The notes under the pieces are model-generated. The model worked only from the letters and a program-made list of their open reading frames with translations, was not told the DNA's origin and searched no databases. DNA of 64,000 bases from Eledone cirrhosa (taxonomy: Eukaryota), in the NCBI GenBank assembly GCA_964016885.1, contig OZ024743.1, forward strand, positions 32,054,001 through 32,118,000, read 5' to 3'. Of the stretch, positions 26,289-40,946 are shown one piece after another. Made by a program: the position numbers and the translations under genes. Each line of letters opens with the position of its first letter. The first letter of the stretch is position 1.

Positions 26289-26819
26289 AAATTGGAGAGC
26301 TGCGTGATTGCACATTGGTTACATATGAATATAAATTAGTCCTTCATCAGTGATCTTCCAACTTTCATTGGTATTTCATCGCTTTAAAAATCATATACCT
26401 CTAGTTAGCGCGAGCAATAACTCAATAAGGTTATTGGGACAAGTAAAATATGGTGAAACGAGCGAGACTTGTAAACAAACAAAGATGGTATTGCAACGGA
26501 AAGGTAGGAAGAAACAAGTACATGATATCTGTAAGCTTAAGCTTGGTGAATTCATGGACGAGTGATTCAGACCATCCGATATGGGTGAGATGTGAGCGAG
26601 AAAAGGATTTCACACACGTCAAACGGAAGGAAGTGAGAGAGGGGAGAAGTAGAGAGTGAGTGAGTAGAGGTATGAGGAAGAGACCAGCCTAGAGAGAGTG
26701 TGAATGGCAGAGCGGGTAAAAAGAAGGTGAGAGATACAGAGAGAGGGGAAGAAGCAAGAAGGAAATAGACAAACTGCTGACACCAGGCCAGGTGTCGCAC
26801 CGACAGCCATTGTTGATAT

Positions 26820-26894
<75 letters not shown>

Positions 26895-26896
26895 CT

Positions 26897-27033
26897 GTCC
26901 AGAAATAGCCGTCGAAACGGCTTGAGCTCTGCCGTCGGGGTCATACGTGTTCCTATTACCCACTCCACTCCCCTAAGTATTGAGTACTTTGGTGCGTTAT
27001 GGTCCATCTGGTTCCTTACCACAATTCCTTCGT
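26897..27033 (+). mobile_element. Family H2 pseudo-LTR fragment with the 3' half of an HHR
   Basis: AATAGCCGTC-GAAA-CGGC..GCCG-TC-GGGGT plus a tail matching 810-900. Between (TA)n tracts. Confidence 0.75.
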
Positions 27034-27910
<877 letters not shown>

Positions 27911-28499
27911 AGCTTTCGTCGAATTGTTGACTAAAGATATTCTATTCTGATAGTAGGGATTAGAACCCTTTAAGAAATGGAAAAAGATAAGTATTAACGT
28001 ACGAGCTAAATTTTATTTAGTCAAAAACACGGCGAAAGCTGCTGTTTCCATTTTCGAGCGCGCTCGCTATTTCAATGCATACTTTATTGATAGATATATA
28101 TGTGTGTGTGTGTGAATGTGTAAGACGCACCACTGCCACAGAATTTTTAGAGAAAACTTTTTGCTGTCCTTAGTTTCATACACCATTTTCGCTCTCCCCC
28201 TCAAGGTCTTTTCTCTATATTCTGGATAAATAATGTAATGTTTCAATGCACACTTTGATTTATTAGGGAAAACATGTGCTTAGAGGTAATAATTTAAAAT
28301 TAAAATATACATTAAATGTTTACACCAATTGGCAGTGAGTATGACTACAAATAACAGAAACAGATTTTGATAGAAGTAATTTACAATTACAAGATCCAAC
28401 ATGAATACATGCAAAAGCTTCTTACCTAACCCAAACATATATCATATGAAACTTATCCGTGTTTGCTATAGAGCATAAATAAGATATCAGTTCTTTTCA

Positions 28500-29990
28500 A
28501 TTAAAATATCATACATGAATTCTGCATATGCAAAAGCTGCTTAGGCAAGGGAATTTATATTTTTTATAAAAAGCTAGATACCAAAGGATTTCTTCTAAGG
28601 AGATCAGCATCGCAATTAAAATACCCGGCAGCTAAGAATACATGCAAATCATGGATAGAAATGACATAGAATATTTTCAGTATTAGACTTACTCAAAGCA
28701 ATAAGAGAATGGGAGAAATTACTCTTTAATGAAAAAACATAATACTTTCAACTTATTCAATGTCTGCCTCATTACTGAAACGTTAAGTCATCATCATCCT
28801 ATTTAAATAGACGGAGATGATAACATTATTATCCTCAGATAATGCATTAATTCTAATAAATCCATTATTAATTCTACACTGTTTAAAGGATTTCCAAATT
28901 ATTTCTGGTCTTATTTCATGATTTCTTCATACACAGTACGTGTACCTGTGTATGAATGGACTAATAATGCTTCACGTGGGTGTAATTGTATGATCTAGTC
29001 CCTACCCACTCAATAAAAGTGTTCCACTGTAAAAATATATATCCTTTACCTAAATAAATATGTATTTCTATGCATCTAAAGGCTACAGTTTGCTGATCAG
29101 TCCACCAAGAATGACAGCTACTACAATCTTCAATCTCATACATTCGTTTACTAGATTAAGTTCTATGTGGTCTGAACTGATCTCTAACTGAAGGAGGTTT
29201 CGTTTGACAATATTTTTATAACCTCAGTGTCATGCAACCATCAACCGTCCACCCTTTTCCAGGAACATAAATGGGAAATGTTGTCTTTTGGTTGAATTTT
29301 TCTCCATAAGTTTCAAAGCAGTGGCAGTTTGTGCCATCAGAACAAGCCAGAGTAAATGAAAAACGTGTCGTTTCACTGTCTCTTTTTAATTATGTCTAGT
29401 TTCGACATATTCGTAGCCACACACTTGGTGGGTGGTGCAACAACTCTGAATGGTGCATTCTTATTCTTAATTTCGTCAAATTCAAACGAAGTTTTTTGCG
29501 TTTATTTATTACAAATCAATGAAATTCTGCTATTATATTCCCTCACAACCATCTGGTAATTGCAGGGCAATAATTTTATGATTCTTGTTTTGTTTTTTCT
29601 TGCTTTATTCTTAAGGTTTTATACGCTTTATCTCTTCAATCTTCATTCTTCCGATATTCACTTGATCCAGTGATAATACTTTTGCCAGAAAGACAGCTTT
29701 CTTTATTCCTGTAATATGTTACCCATTCATTTAAATTCGCTTCAAGTTCTTTTCATTTTTTTTTTATTTAGCTGTTGAGAGGTTTTGTGTATAAAACCTC
29801 CATCTCTTTATTAAACTTCCAGTGTGTGTTGACCCATATAAGCGTTCTGTTACACTGCTCATTTGCATGGTTTATAACTTTCAATTTGCCGCTGATTGTA
29901 GCTTTAATATTTCATTCCTATACCTATATTATTGAAGCAGCCAAGAATAACGAAGCCATACTGAAACACAGAAGCAGTTGTCTATAATAG
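28500..29990 (-). mobile_element. Highly decayed pogo/Tigger-family DNA transposon
   Basis: Colinear minus-strand fragments in shifting frames: KLKVINHANE (~29860-29890), ELEANLNEWV (~29720-29752), LACSDGT-KLP (~29321-29350), KGW, AVILGGLISKL*PLD (~29073-29122), IRPEIIWKSFKQC. Confidence 0.75.
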
Positions 29991-30015
29991 TTGGGATAGA
30001 CTCAACATTCCAACT

Positions 30016-30187
30016 ATAATTGTTTCCACTTTTGGCACAAGGCCAGTGTATTACTGGTACTTTATTTTATCGACCCCGTAAGGATGAAAGGCAAAGTTAA
30101 CCTCGGCGGGATTTGAACTCAACATCATAAGGGCCGTAACTCTATGCTACAAAGCATGCCGTCCAACCCTCTACCAATACTGCCAAT
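30016..30187 (-). mobile_element. tRNA-derived SINE
   Basis: Reverse complement of the SINE consensus with a short internal deletion. Confidence 0.9.
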
Positions 30188-30511
30188 ATAGCAGGTAGAC
30201 TAAATACAAGCGAAATTAATACTAGTATCTGTAACGCACAGAAAATATTTAGTTTTAAGTGTGGTTATCGGCCAAAAGAAGGTATCGATGTGACGTCACA
30301 AATCGAGCATCTATTCGTGGATCCACAAGACAAACATAGGATAAAGCCAATCCAAGATTGGTTCATCTAAAGCCAATTGCTGAAATAAGCGGCAAGGAAA
30401 TTACCAAGTTGCTCCATTTATAAGTTGTGTTAGTATAGAAACCCACATGCACTTGCAGCAACATGAAATCAATTGCTTGCTAGCACGAATAGACAGCTAC
30501 ACCTGTCTCCA

Positions 30512-30559
<48 letters not shown>

Positions 30560-30711
30560 ATATATTAAAATAACACATAAAAGTTTAAGCAAAGAATCAC
30601 TGCTTTCACCCTTAAAGGGATCTTCTGAAACTAAAAAAGTCAATCTGTGAACGCAGAAGTAAATATTTCAAAAAACGTTGCAACCGAAGGAAGACAGGAA
30701 GACGATACTAT

Positions 30712-30963
30712 GGTTCGTGGGAACGTTCCCTGGCAAAGAACGAAAACAAACGAAAATAATACCTCAATATTTGGTGCGCTGAAAACAATTACACGCAAAG
30801 ACAAAACCACGTTTATGGTATAAATGAAGTGGTAGACTAATATTCTATTAGGTGGTTCATGGAGACGTTCTCTGGCAACGAACGGAAAAAAGGAAGATAA
30901 TTCGTCATTATGTGGAGCGGTGAGAACAATTACACGCAAAGACAAAACCACCTAAATGGTATA
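30712..30963. repeat. Two diverged direct repeats, period ~141 bp
   Basis: ACAATTACACGCAAAGACAAAACCAC at ~30785 and ~30926, with similar flanks. Confidence 0.85.
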
Positions 30964-30965
30964 AC

Positions 30966-32491
30966 TTTTTTTTTTTTTTTAATGGTATTTAACTAATGTA
31001 TTGGTACGCGATGGGGCCCACCCACAGCCCCGGCGGACAGAATGGAGAAGGCTTTTCCGCGGAGGACGGCAAATGAGACGCGCTGGAAAAGCCACTCCAA
31101 CTCGCGGGGCTCACACCTACGGCTGGCCAGCTCAGCGCCTATGGTGGTGAGTAAGGAGGACACCAGAAGTCTCCACTGCCAGGAGTACGACCGGAAACCT
31201 GTCGGAGAGCGACCGGTATTTGAGGAGTTTGGCCCCCTCAGCCCGGCGTGCAGCAGAACCTTGGTGTGTCGCAGACTGCACCAGGTTGCGGCTGCAGAAA
31301 GTGTTGGTGCAAGTGGCATCCCAGACGAGGGGTTTGCCACCGCGGAATGGGAAGATGGTCATGCCATCTGGGCTTTTGACGTCCCCTCGATCCAGCCCCA
31401 CCGGGTCGAGCTGGGAAGGGAAGCCTGCAGCGTCCAAGCCATGCATAATGACCTCGTTGAGGGCAGCATGGCGTGGAATGCGGCCTGCACTGTGGCGACA
31501 GGAAAGCGGCTGGAGGTCGAAAGAGTCCACGGTGGAACCGCAGCGACATTGGTGTGGCTGGCAGATCCGGAGGCCAAGACTCAGGGAAACGCCGAGTCGC
31601 AGGCTATGGTTGTCTAGCTGCGTACCAGTGGAGAAGGAAGGCAGGGCATGGAGCCAGGCACCACTGTGGGGTTTGGAGGCCGCACGAAAACAAGCAAGGC
31701 GGTGCTGGTCGAGCTGGCGCGTGAGCCTGTCGGAGACCAGGCTGCACTGGATGGCATTCCAAGTGCGTTGGGGGGACTTGACGTCAACAGGGGGAGAAAG
31801 AGGAGGGACGTCTACTGGGCTAAGTCCCAGCCGGTCCCACTCTCACAGGCGGCCTCACGTTCTCTGAACACAGAGGGTTCTGTTGTGTTTTGAAGAACCC
31901 TGCTGGCGAAAGGTACGCCGGAAAAGCTAATGAGATCGGGGACCGGAAGCCAAGGCCGCCATACCTCACCGGTAAAGTGGCCTGTTGCCACCCTATGTCG
32001 TCAAGCTTGACGTTGCATATCCCCTCGGCTGCTGCTCGGATACAAGTATCGAGGTGAGCGAGGAGAGATGTCTGGGTGTATAGAGGAGCTTCGGCATGGC
32101 GAAGCAGTTCCTCAGCAGAAAGAGCGCTGGGTGGCCGTTAATCAAGCCCAGTCGGCTAGTGAGAGTCTGGAGCTGTTGAAGCCTGGACCTGATGGTGGAG
32201 CGGATGGCTAGCGGGTGGATCGGTGACCCGAGGATGAGGGCATCTTCTTTGGGGGTCAGCTGAACCTGGCGGAGAATGGACCGCACGTCCAAGATGGAGG
32301 CTGCAAAGCTCGCAGCATCGAGGCTGACGTTCACCACCTCCGACTTGGCCGAGTTGACATGGAGGCCGATTCCCGCCAGAGCAAGAACCACCGATTGAAG
32401 GTCATGGTAGACCGTCCGTTCGAGCCCGCCCAACGTAGCATCGTCCAGATACCAAACGTTGAGAGAGGCCGTGATACTCCGAACTGAAGTC
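30966..32491 (-). mobile_element. CRE-clade non-LTR retrotransposon, 5'-truncated, with poly(A) tail
   Basis: RT motif LNVWYLDDATLGG at the 5' end, GLHVNSAKSE, RHAALNEVI and a PDG..WD REL domain. Frameshifted. Poly(T) on + at 30966-30980. Confidence 0.88.
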
Positions 32492-33322
32492 GTAGTCTAA
32501 AATTCTACTTAGGAAACCGTATGATTCTCGGCTTCAGAGTTAAGAATAAAGTTAAAAAAATACAGAGGTAATTGAAATTAAATATATACATACACAAGCA
32601 TACGCGAAAAATCTCGCCATGGGTATGCAAATACAAGCACGTACACAAAAAAACCCGCACGCACATACAAAATCCACGCATCGCCTGTACCCGCAAACAA
32701 ACGAACGTATACATCAAATACTCATAAAATAATATATAAAGAAAACTATATATATATGTGTGTGTGTGTGTGTGCGTGTATACATAATATATATAAAGAT
32801 ACACACATAAATAAGTATATAACGCGCGCACACACGTACCAGCGTGTAAATACACATATGATCGCGGACCTACGTCAACCAAAACACAAAGTTCACAAAT
32901 ACACACACCCTACATGCGTACGAACACGCAAACTCACGCAGATGCAAAACTCACGAATACACAACCGAATGCACATGTACCAGTATATATAATATATACG
33001 CCATAACATATATGAGCAAATATACGTACGAGAAAGTATACGTATATATATATATATATAAATATATATATATAGAGAGAGATATATACACCCATGCTAA
33101 CAAAGAAGATAGACGTTAAACGAAGGTGATGATGATCATGATGATGATATATATATATAAATATATATAAATATATATAAATATAAATATATATAATTAT
33201 ATAGTAATAGTAATAAATTTGAAGACTAAAATCCAATGAGGGCTCGATAAAGGTAAAAGCAGCGATTCTTTGCTTAAACTTTAATCTGTTATTTTAATAA
33301 ATATATATAAATATGTATATGT

Positions 33323-33416
<94 letters not shown>

Positions 33417-33523
33417 TAAACTGAAAAGAAAATGCTGACAAATTGTTCACATGAAAAATAGTTTAATTAGGAATAAGTGAGAATTAGTAATAGTATTGGT
33501 TAGTATTCAGTTTTGGTTTTAAG

Positions 33524-33559
33524 TTTTACCGGTTGCGCATTTCTAATGCTTTTTAAAAT
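33524..33559 (-). ncRNA. Decayed U3-A8 hammerhead motif related to family H1
   Basis: TT-TTAAAAA-GCAT(TAGAA)ATGC-GCAA-CCGG-TA-AA. Two core mutations. Stem II is covaried relative to GCAG/CTGC. Confidence 0.45.
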
Positions 33560-33697
33560 AGAGATAGAGCGTCCGTGATGTTTGCTCTAATCTGATTAGT
33601 TTTGGAAATTCTACCTGTTTTTATGTTAAAAAAGTGGCTCCAGCGGTATTAAAATAAGTTTTGCGCCAATTCGTGTTGCAAAAATTATTGTGGCCAA

Positions 33698-33742
<45 letters not shown>

Positions 33743-33787
33743 TAAACAAATAATGAACAAACAATTCCTTATATTAAACAAAAAAAG

Positions 33788-33942
33788 TTCACTATTTAAC
33801 GATCGTTTCTAGGGTATACATGTGTTATAATTGGTATGCATATTAAACAGATCTATGTACAAAATTATACAAAATTATACAAATTATCAAGATTAAATAT
33901 ACATACCTAACACATATATACGCCGTCTTCAGAAATAATGAA
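33788..33942 (-). ncRNA. Type I hammerhead motif with long stem II (inverted copy)
   Basis: TTCATTATTT-CTGAAGA-[~115-nt hairpin]-GAAA-CGATCG-TT-AAATAGTGAA. Palindromic AACGATCGTT. Confidence 0.65.
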
Positions 33943-34764
33943 GTATATTTATTGATAATAACAACAATTCAAAATATCAGTTCAAAATTGACCAATGAAA
34001 ACACAAAGGGTTAAAAGCAGTTCGGTGTGTGTATATACATGTAAAATCCTTACACATATTTTACAATAATGTGTGTATAATTTGTATGCGCATACTAAAA
34101 AGATGGATGCAAACACAAAATTTCAAGGTTAATATCTCTGTAAGCTTAATGCGCTGATAAGATGCGCATTGATACTTATGGAGTCAAGCATATAAATATA
34201 TTTTTTTTTCATACTCACACATATCAGTATAATCACACATACATGCGCGTATATGCATAAATATACACATAACCACGAACATACAAACACACACACTCCC
34301 CCACTCACATTTATATATGTGGATATAAAATCATAAGCACATAGAAATTAAGTCACTCACATAAAACACTGGCACACACATTTCAAGATCAAGATACAGA
34401 AATTTGGTGGGAGGGGGGGGAGGGGTCAGTATTCAATTGTCTGAGCAGACTGCCTAATATAAATGTATCTATAAATTAAGAAAAATAAAAAAATAAAAAC
34501 AATAAAATATAATAAATATAATATAATGTACATACACATACAGATATATATACACATACATACATGTACGCGCACATAGAGATATTTACGCATACACACA
34601 TACACACATACATATACAGTCATACACACACATACACTTACACGAACATACACATACACATATAAAAAGATATATATATACACACACACACGCGCAACAC
34701 ATACACACATACACATATATATAAAAAATAGATAATAAAGATATACATCCATATATATATATAT

Positions 34765-34823
<59 letters not shown>

Positions 34824-34865
34824 AATACTGAAAGCATACAGCATAATATTACCAACAAACACCTA

Positions 34866-35837
34866 ATGAAAAGTACACACCTAAATGCCACCCACAATAT
34901 ACCCCAAAATACTAAATCTTCTAATATAAAGTATAGTAACCCTCAAAAAACTACTCATCATACAACTATAATAAATATTAATAATAAAACTCCTAATAAA
35001 AAAGATAAAACACCTAAATCTACAAATATAACTAAAAATAGTTGTGGTGAGATCATTAACATTAATCCTCCTAGTAAAAATCATGATACAACCTATAAAA
35101 ATAATAAAAATAATAAACAACATAGAAACCGTAATAGACGAGTTACTTGGTATAATGCTCCTTTTAATTTACAAGTTAAGGATAATATTGCTAAAAAATT
35201 TTTTTATATCCTTGAGAAAAACTTCCCGCCAAACCACAAATACCATCAAATCTTAAATAGGTCTACAGTTAAATTCTCATACTCTACAACAAATAACATA
35301 AAACAAAATATAAGTGCATATAATGCATATAAATGTAAGAAAACCATAAGTATACCACCAGTACATCAAATTAACAATAATATCTCCTCAAATACAGAAT
35401 TAACGAAAGGATGTAACTGTAGAAACAAAACAAACTGCCCATTAAAAGGGAATTGTCTTGTTAACAACATAGTCTATAAATGTAATGTTAAAACTAAAGA
35501 TTCTATTTGCTCATATATAGGAGCTACCTCTAACAATTTTAAGACAAGGTTTAATACCCACAAACATAGTTTTAAAAATGCCGCACTGGCTAATACAACA
35601 TCTCTAGCAGAAAAAATCAATAGTTATAAAAATAAGAATATAAAATATGATTTGACCTGGAGTGTGCTCAAAAGAGCCACCCCTTATCAAAATAATAGAA
35701 AGGAATGTAGATTATGTTCCCAAGAACTATTTGAAATAATGAAGTCTAAGGATATCTTATTAAATAAACGACAGGAATTAATTATATCGTGTAATCATAA
35801 ACTAAAAAAAACATTTAAATATTATAAACCTAATTAA
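34866..35837 (+). CDS. PLE ORF C-terminal part: linker plus GIY-YIG endonuclease (Hydra-clade-like)
   Basis: WYNAPFN, CNCRNKTNCPLKGNCL, NIVYKC..SYIGAT..FKTRFNTH, CRLC, LLNKR.E....CNH. The clade assignment is from remembered motif descriptions. Confidence 0.85.
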   Translation: MKSTHLNATHNIPQNTKSSNIKYSNPQKTTHHTTIININNKTPNKKDKTPKSTNITKNSCGEIININPPSKNHDTTYKNNKNNKQHRNRNRRVTWYNAPFNLQVKDNIAKKFFYILEKNFPPNHKYHQILNRSTVKFSYSTTNNIKQNISAYNAYKCKKTISIPPVHQINNNISSNTELTKGCNCRNKTNCPLKGNCLVNNIVYKCNVKTKDSICSYIGATSNNFKTRFNTHKHSFKNAALANTTSLAEKINSYKNKNIKYDLTWSVLKRATPYQNNRKECRLCSQELFEIMKSKDILLNKRQELIISCNHKLKKTFKYYKPN

Positions 35838-37584
35838 TAACATTATTCTAGAAATTAATTTAATTTAAATGTTAGTTAACCTATAAATTTAATTTAATTA
35901 ATATTTTATTACAGATGAGAAAATATTATGTAATCATAAATTGTGAAAAACCTTTAAATATTACTAATATATACTTAGTAATTTAATTTATAGATTAATT
36001 TTAATTTATTTAAACCTTTTATTATAATTCTTTTACAGATAAAATATAACAAAATAATATCATGTATCCAATGACGGAGAAAGAATTTTTAGTATTATAG
36101 ACCTAATTAATATACATTTTGGAAATATATTTATTATTTGGTTTTAGTTTTAATCAACCTAAAACTTTAATTTTAATTTGCTTAAAATTAGTATCCTTAT
36201 ACAGACGAATTGCAGAATGTCATGTAATCATAGAATGGGATGTGTTTTGGATATATACCTAGTTAATATATTCTGTGCAATTTTTTGAATAAGATATGTA
36301 TATGTATATGTATATGTATATGTGTGTGTTGTGTATGTGTATCTGTATGTATGTTTATGTGTGTATATATGTATATATGTATATATATGTATGTATATAT
36401 ATATATATGTGTGTATATGTATGTATATGTGTATGTGTATGTATATGTATATGTATGCGTATTAATTTTGATTTTTATTTGCATATAATTATATTATGCT
36501 ATTGATGAAATACAATATCTGCTTTATGTATTGTATACCTAATTAACATATACTAATTAACGTATACTATTGAAATAAATATATAATTTTTAATTTAGTT
36601 AACATATAATTTATATGCTACTACCGATGTAATACTTTATTTTATTTTTATTTGGGTTTCTTTTCCCTATTACTAAATTCATCTCCTAATATTGATACCA
36701 TAACGTCATTAACTTTAATTTAGTTATAATGTAATTAATAATCTACTACTGTTTGACTTCAAAATTCTGCTTCAAATATTATAAACCTAACTAATTTACA
36801 CCTTAGAAATCAATATGTTGACTATCTTTGGTTTAGTTAACATATGATTAATGGTATACTTATTTATTTTGAGATGCATAGATTTCGTATTTCCTAGCAC
36901 TGAAAATATGTAAGAACATACATTGAATTAAGATGCGGAAAATATTATATGTTTCTTGAAACATATATTTACTTTGATCCCCTTCTCCACCAAACCCCCC
37001 CTTTCCCCCCATACTATTATCATCTGTATTTGTAAGCGTCTATGTATGAATATATATGTAGGTGGGTGTCTATATAGGTTTGGGTATTTATATCTAAATA
37101 TAAAAATACATATATGAGCATGCAAATATGAATGTAAGATTGTGTGTGTATATATGATTGTACATACATATGTATGTATATATATGTATATATATGTATT
37201 ATATATGTATGTGTATGTGAATGTGTTGTATGTATATGTGTATGTATGTGTATATATGTGTATGTATGTGTATGCTTGTATGTATAGGAATATATATATG
37301 TGTATATATGTATGTATATGTATATGCGTGTATGTATGTATGTGTATATGTGTTGTGTATATATATGTATGTCTCTCTATTTATATGTTTATCTTCGTAT
37401 CTATGTGATATATGTGTGTGTGTGTGCACGTATGCATGATGTATGTGTTTGTGTGTGTTTGTAGTGTGTGTGTATATATGTGTATGTGCGCACACTCGCA
37501 TGCACATATATATATATATATATATATATATGTGAGTGTGTAGTGTGGTCTGTGTGTGTGTGTGTGTGTATGTGTATATATATA

Positions 37585-37615
<31 letters not shown>

Positions 37616-38046
37616 GATATTATATATATATATATATATAGGTGTCTATGTGTGAATATATGTCTTTATTCGTATGTGTGTATTTATGTATGTATATATT
37701 TATGTGTATGTATGTATGTGTATGTATGTATGTATATATATATATATATATATTATATGTATATGTATATATATATATGTATATTATTCTTTATTATTAT
37801 TGTAATATAACTTATGTGTATATGTGTATAAGTGAGGTTGTGTATGTATATATAATATGTGTATATATAAGAGTAATGATATATATATATTATATATATA
37901 TGTGCATGTCTGTTTTTATGTGTGTGTATATATATATATATATGTATATGTATATATATATGTATACGTGTGTGTATGTAGATATATATATATATATACA
38001 TGTGGGTGTTTGTATGTGTATTTATGGTGGTTTGAGTGTGGGGATA

Positions 38047-38090
<44 letters not shown>

Positions 38091-38633
38091 TCTATGTGTG
38101 TGTGTTATATATATATATATATATAATATATATATATATGTATATGTATGTGTATATATGTGTGTGTGTATGTTTATATATATATGTGTATGTATGTGTG
38201 TAATTATATATATCTCTATTAATGCGTGTGTGTATGTATATACATATGCGTTTTTTTATTATTATTTTCATTTGTATGTCTGAGTTTGGTGAGGTGGTAT
38301 TGTTTTTTATGTATATACACATATATGGAAGCGTATGTATTTATTTATATGAGTATAAGTAGGTGCATATGTATGTATGATTATATATCTAATTCTATGT
38401 ATGAAGGTACATCTATATATATATATATATACGTGTGTATGTAAGTTGTGTGTGTATGTATCTTTATGTCTATGTGAGTGATAGTATATAGTATATATAT
38501 ATATATATATATATATGATATATATATGTATATCGATGTGCGTATATGTATGTACATGTATGTACATGTATGTGTGTATGTATGTGTATGTATATTTAGA
38601 TGTATGTGTATGTATATGTATATATATGTATAT

Positions 38634-38676
<43 letters not shown>

Positions 38677-39498
38677 ATATATATATATGGATGTATATCT
38701 TTATTATCTATTTTATATATATGATGTTATGTGTGTATGTGTTGCGCGTGTGTGTGTGTATATATATATCTTTTTATATGTGTATGTGTATGTTCGTGTA
38801 AGTGGTATGTGTGTGTATGACTGTATATGTATGTGTGTATGTGTGTATGCGTAAATATCTCTATGTGCGCGTACATGTATGTATGTGTATATATATCTGT
38901 ATGTGTATGTACATTATATTATATTTATTATATTTTATTGTTTTTATTTTTTTAATTTTCTTAATTTATAGATACATTTATATAGGCAGTCTGCTCAGAC
39001 CAAATGAATACTGACCCCTCCCCCCCCCTCCCACAAATTTCTGTATCTTGATCTTGAAAATGTGTGTGCCAGTGTTTTATGTGAGTGACTTAATTTCTAT
39101 GTGCTTATGATTTTATATCCACATATATAAATGTGAGTGGGGGAGTGTGTGTGTTTGTATGTTCGTGGTTATGTGTATATTTATGCATATACGCGCATGT
39201 ATGTGTGATTATACTGATATGTGTGAGTATGAAAAAAAATATATTTATATGCTTGACTCCATAAGTATCAATGCGCATCTTATCAGCGCATTAAGCTTAC
39301 AGAGATATTAACCTTGAAATTTGTGTTTGCATCCATCTTTTTAGTATGCGCATACAAATTATACACCACATTATTGTAAAATATGTGTAAGGATTTTACA
39401 TGTATATACACACACCGAAACTGCTTTTAAACCCTTTGTGTTTTCATTGGTCAATTTTGAACTGATATTTGAATTGTTGTTATTATCAATAAATATAC

Positions 39499-39655
39499 TT
39501 CATTATTTCTGAAGACGGCGTATTATTGTGTTAGGTATGTATATTTAATCTTGATATATTTGTATAATTTTGTATAATTTTGTACATAGATCTGTTTAAT
39601 ATGCATACCAATTATAACACATGTATACCCTAGAAAACGATCGTTAAATAGTGAA
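39499..39655 (+). ncRNA. Type I hammerhead motif with long stem II (sense copy)
   Basis: Same as the inverted copy but with one extra A in GAAAA, possibly an indel error. Confidence 0.6.
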
Positions 39656-39842
39656 CTTTTTTTGTTTAATATAAGGAATTGTTTGTTCATTATTTGTTTA
39701 ATATTTATCTTGACTCTGTATACCGTTTATCTTTCACCGAAAGTGGATTTTCATTACATCTCTTCTTTCCATGATATCCGGAATACATTGAGTTCTTCAT
39801 ACGGATTGGACACTACCGTAAACTCTTGGTAGATTTAATCTA

Positions 39843-40329
39843 CATATATATTATATATATATTATATATATATATAATATAGTAATAATAATAAATTTGA
39901 AGACTAAAATCCCAAAGAAGGGCTCAATAACGATAAATAAATTATCAAATATATAAGAACCGTAGAGCAATATATATATATGTATAAAATATGTATATAT
40001 ATAAATATATATATATAAATATATATAGTTATCAATATATATATATATAAATATATATAGTTATCAATAATTATATATAAAATATATATTATATATACAA
40101 TATATATATAATAAATAAATATATATATATATATAAATATATATATAAATAAATATATATATATATAAATTATATATATATATATAAATATATATATATA
40201 AATAATATATATAAATAATAATATATATATATAAATATATATATATAAATATATATATGGATATAATATATATATAGATATAAATATATATATAAATATA
40301 TATAGATATAAAATATATATATAGATATA

Positions 40330-40419
<90 letters not shown>

Positions 40420-40458
40420 CTATATATATATAATATATAAATATATATATATTATATA

Positions 40459-40506
<48 letters not shown>

Positions 40507-40522
40507 AATATATATATTATAT

Positions 40523-40570
<48 letters not shown>

Positions 40571-40617
40571 TATATATATATATATATATTATAATATATA
40601 ATATATAATATATTATA

Positions 40618-40649
<32 letters not shown>

Positions 40650-40854
40650 AATAATATATATATATATAAATATATATAAATATTTCGTTTCTGAATTTGT
40701 TTAGCAAGATTCTTTATCTGAAATATTGGCAACATGACCCTCCCAAAGTATAACAATATATATAAATAAATATATATATAAATATATATAATATAATACA
40801 TATATATATAAATATATATATATAAATATATATATAAATATATATATATATATA

Positions 40855-40886
<32 letters not shown>

Positions 40887-40900
40887 ATTATATAAATATA

Positions 40901-40946
<46 letters not shown>

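Larger units (their letters stand above)
33735..39842 (+). mobile_element. 5'-truncated Penelope-like element with inverted 5' pseudo-LTR (~1.1-kb arms), in (TA)n
   Basis: Arms 33735-34825 and ~38640-39707. GIY-YIG ORF between them, HHR in each arm and a ~135-nt tail at 39708-39842. Confidence 0.88.

Noticed and set aside
30712-30963. Direct repeats as a CRISPR-like array
   Set aside because: Only two units with homologous spacers, in a eukaryotic context with no cas genes.
33215-33270. TTGAAGA...(G/A)AAAGCAGCGATTC as a hammerhead in the short dispersed repeat
   Set aside because: No NUH triplet or consistent stem II in any copy.
38640-39707. Many 1-nt indels in the right arm relative to the left, as a measure of age
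   Set aside because: An indel-dominated pattern is equally consistent with consensus errors in a palindromic, low-complexity region.
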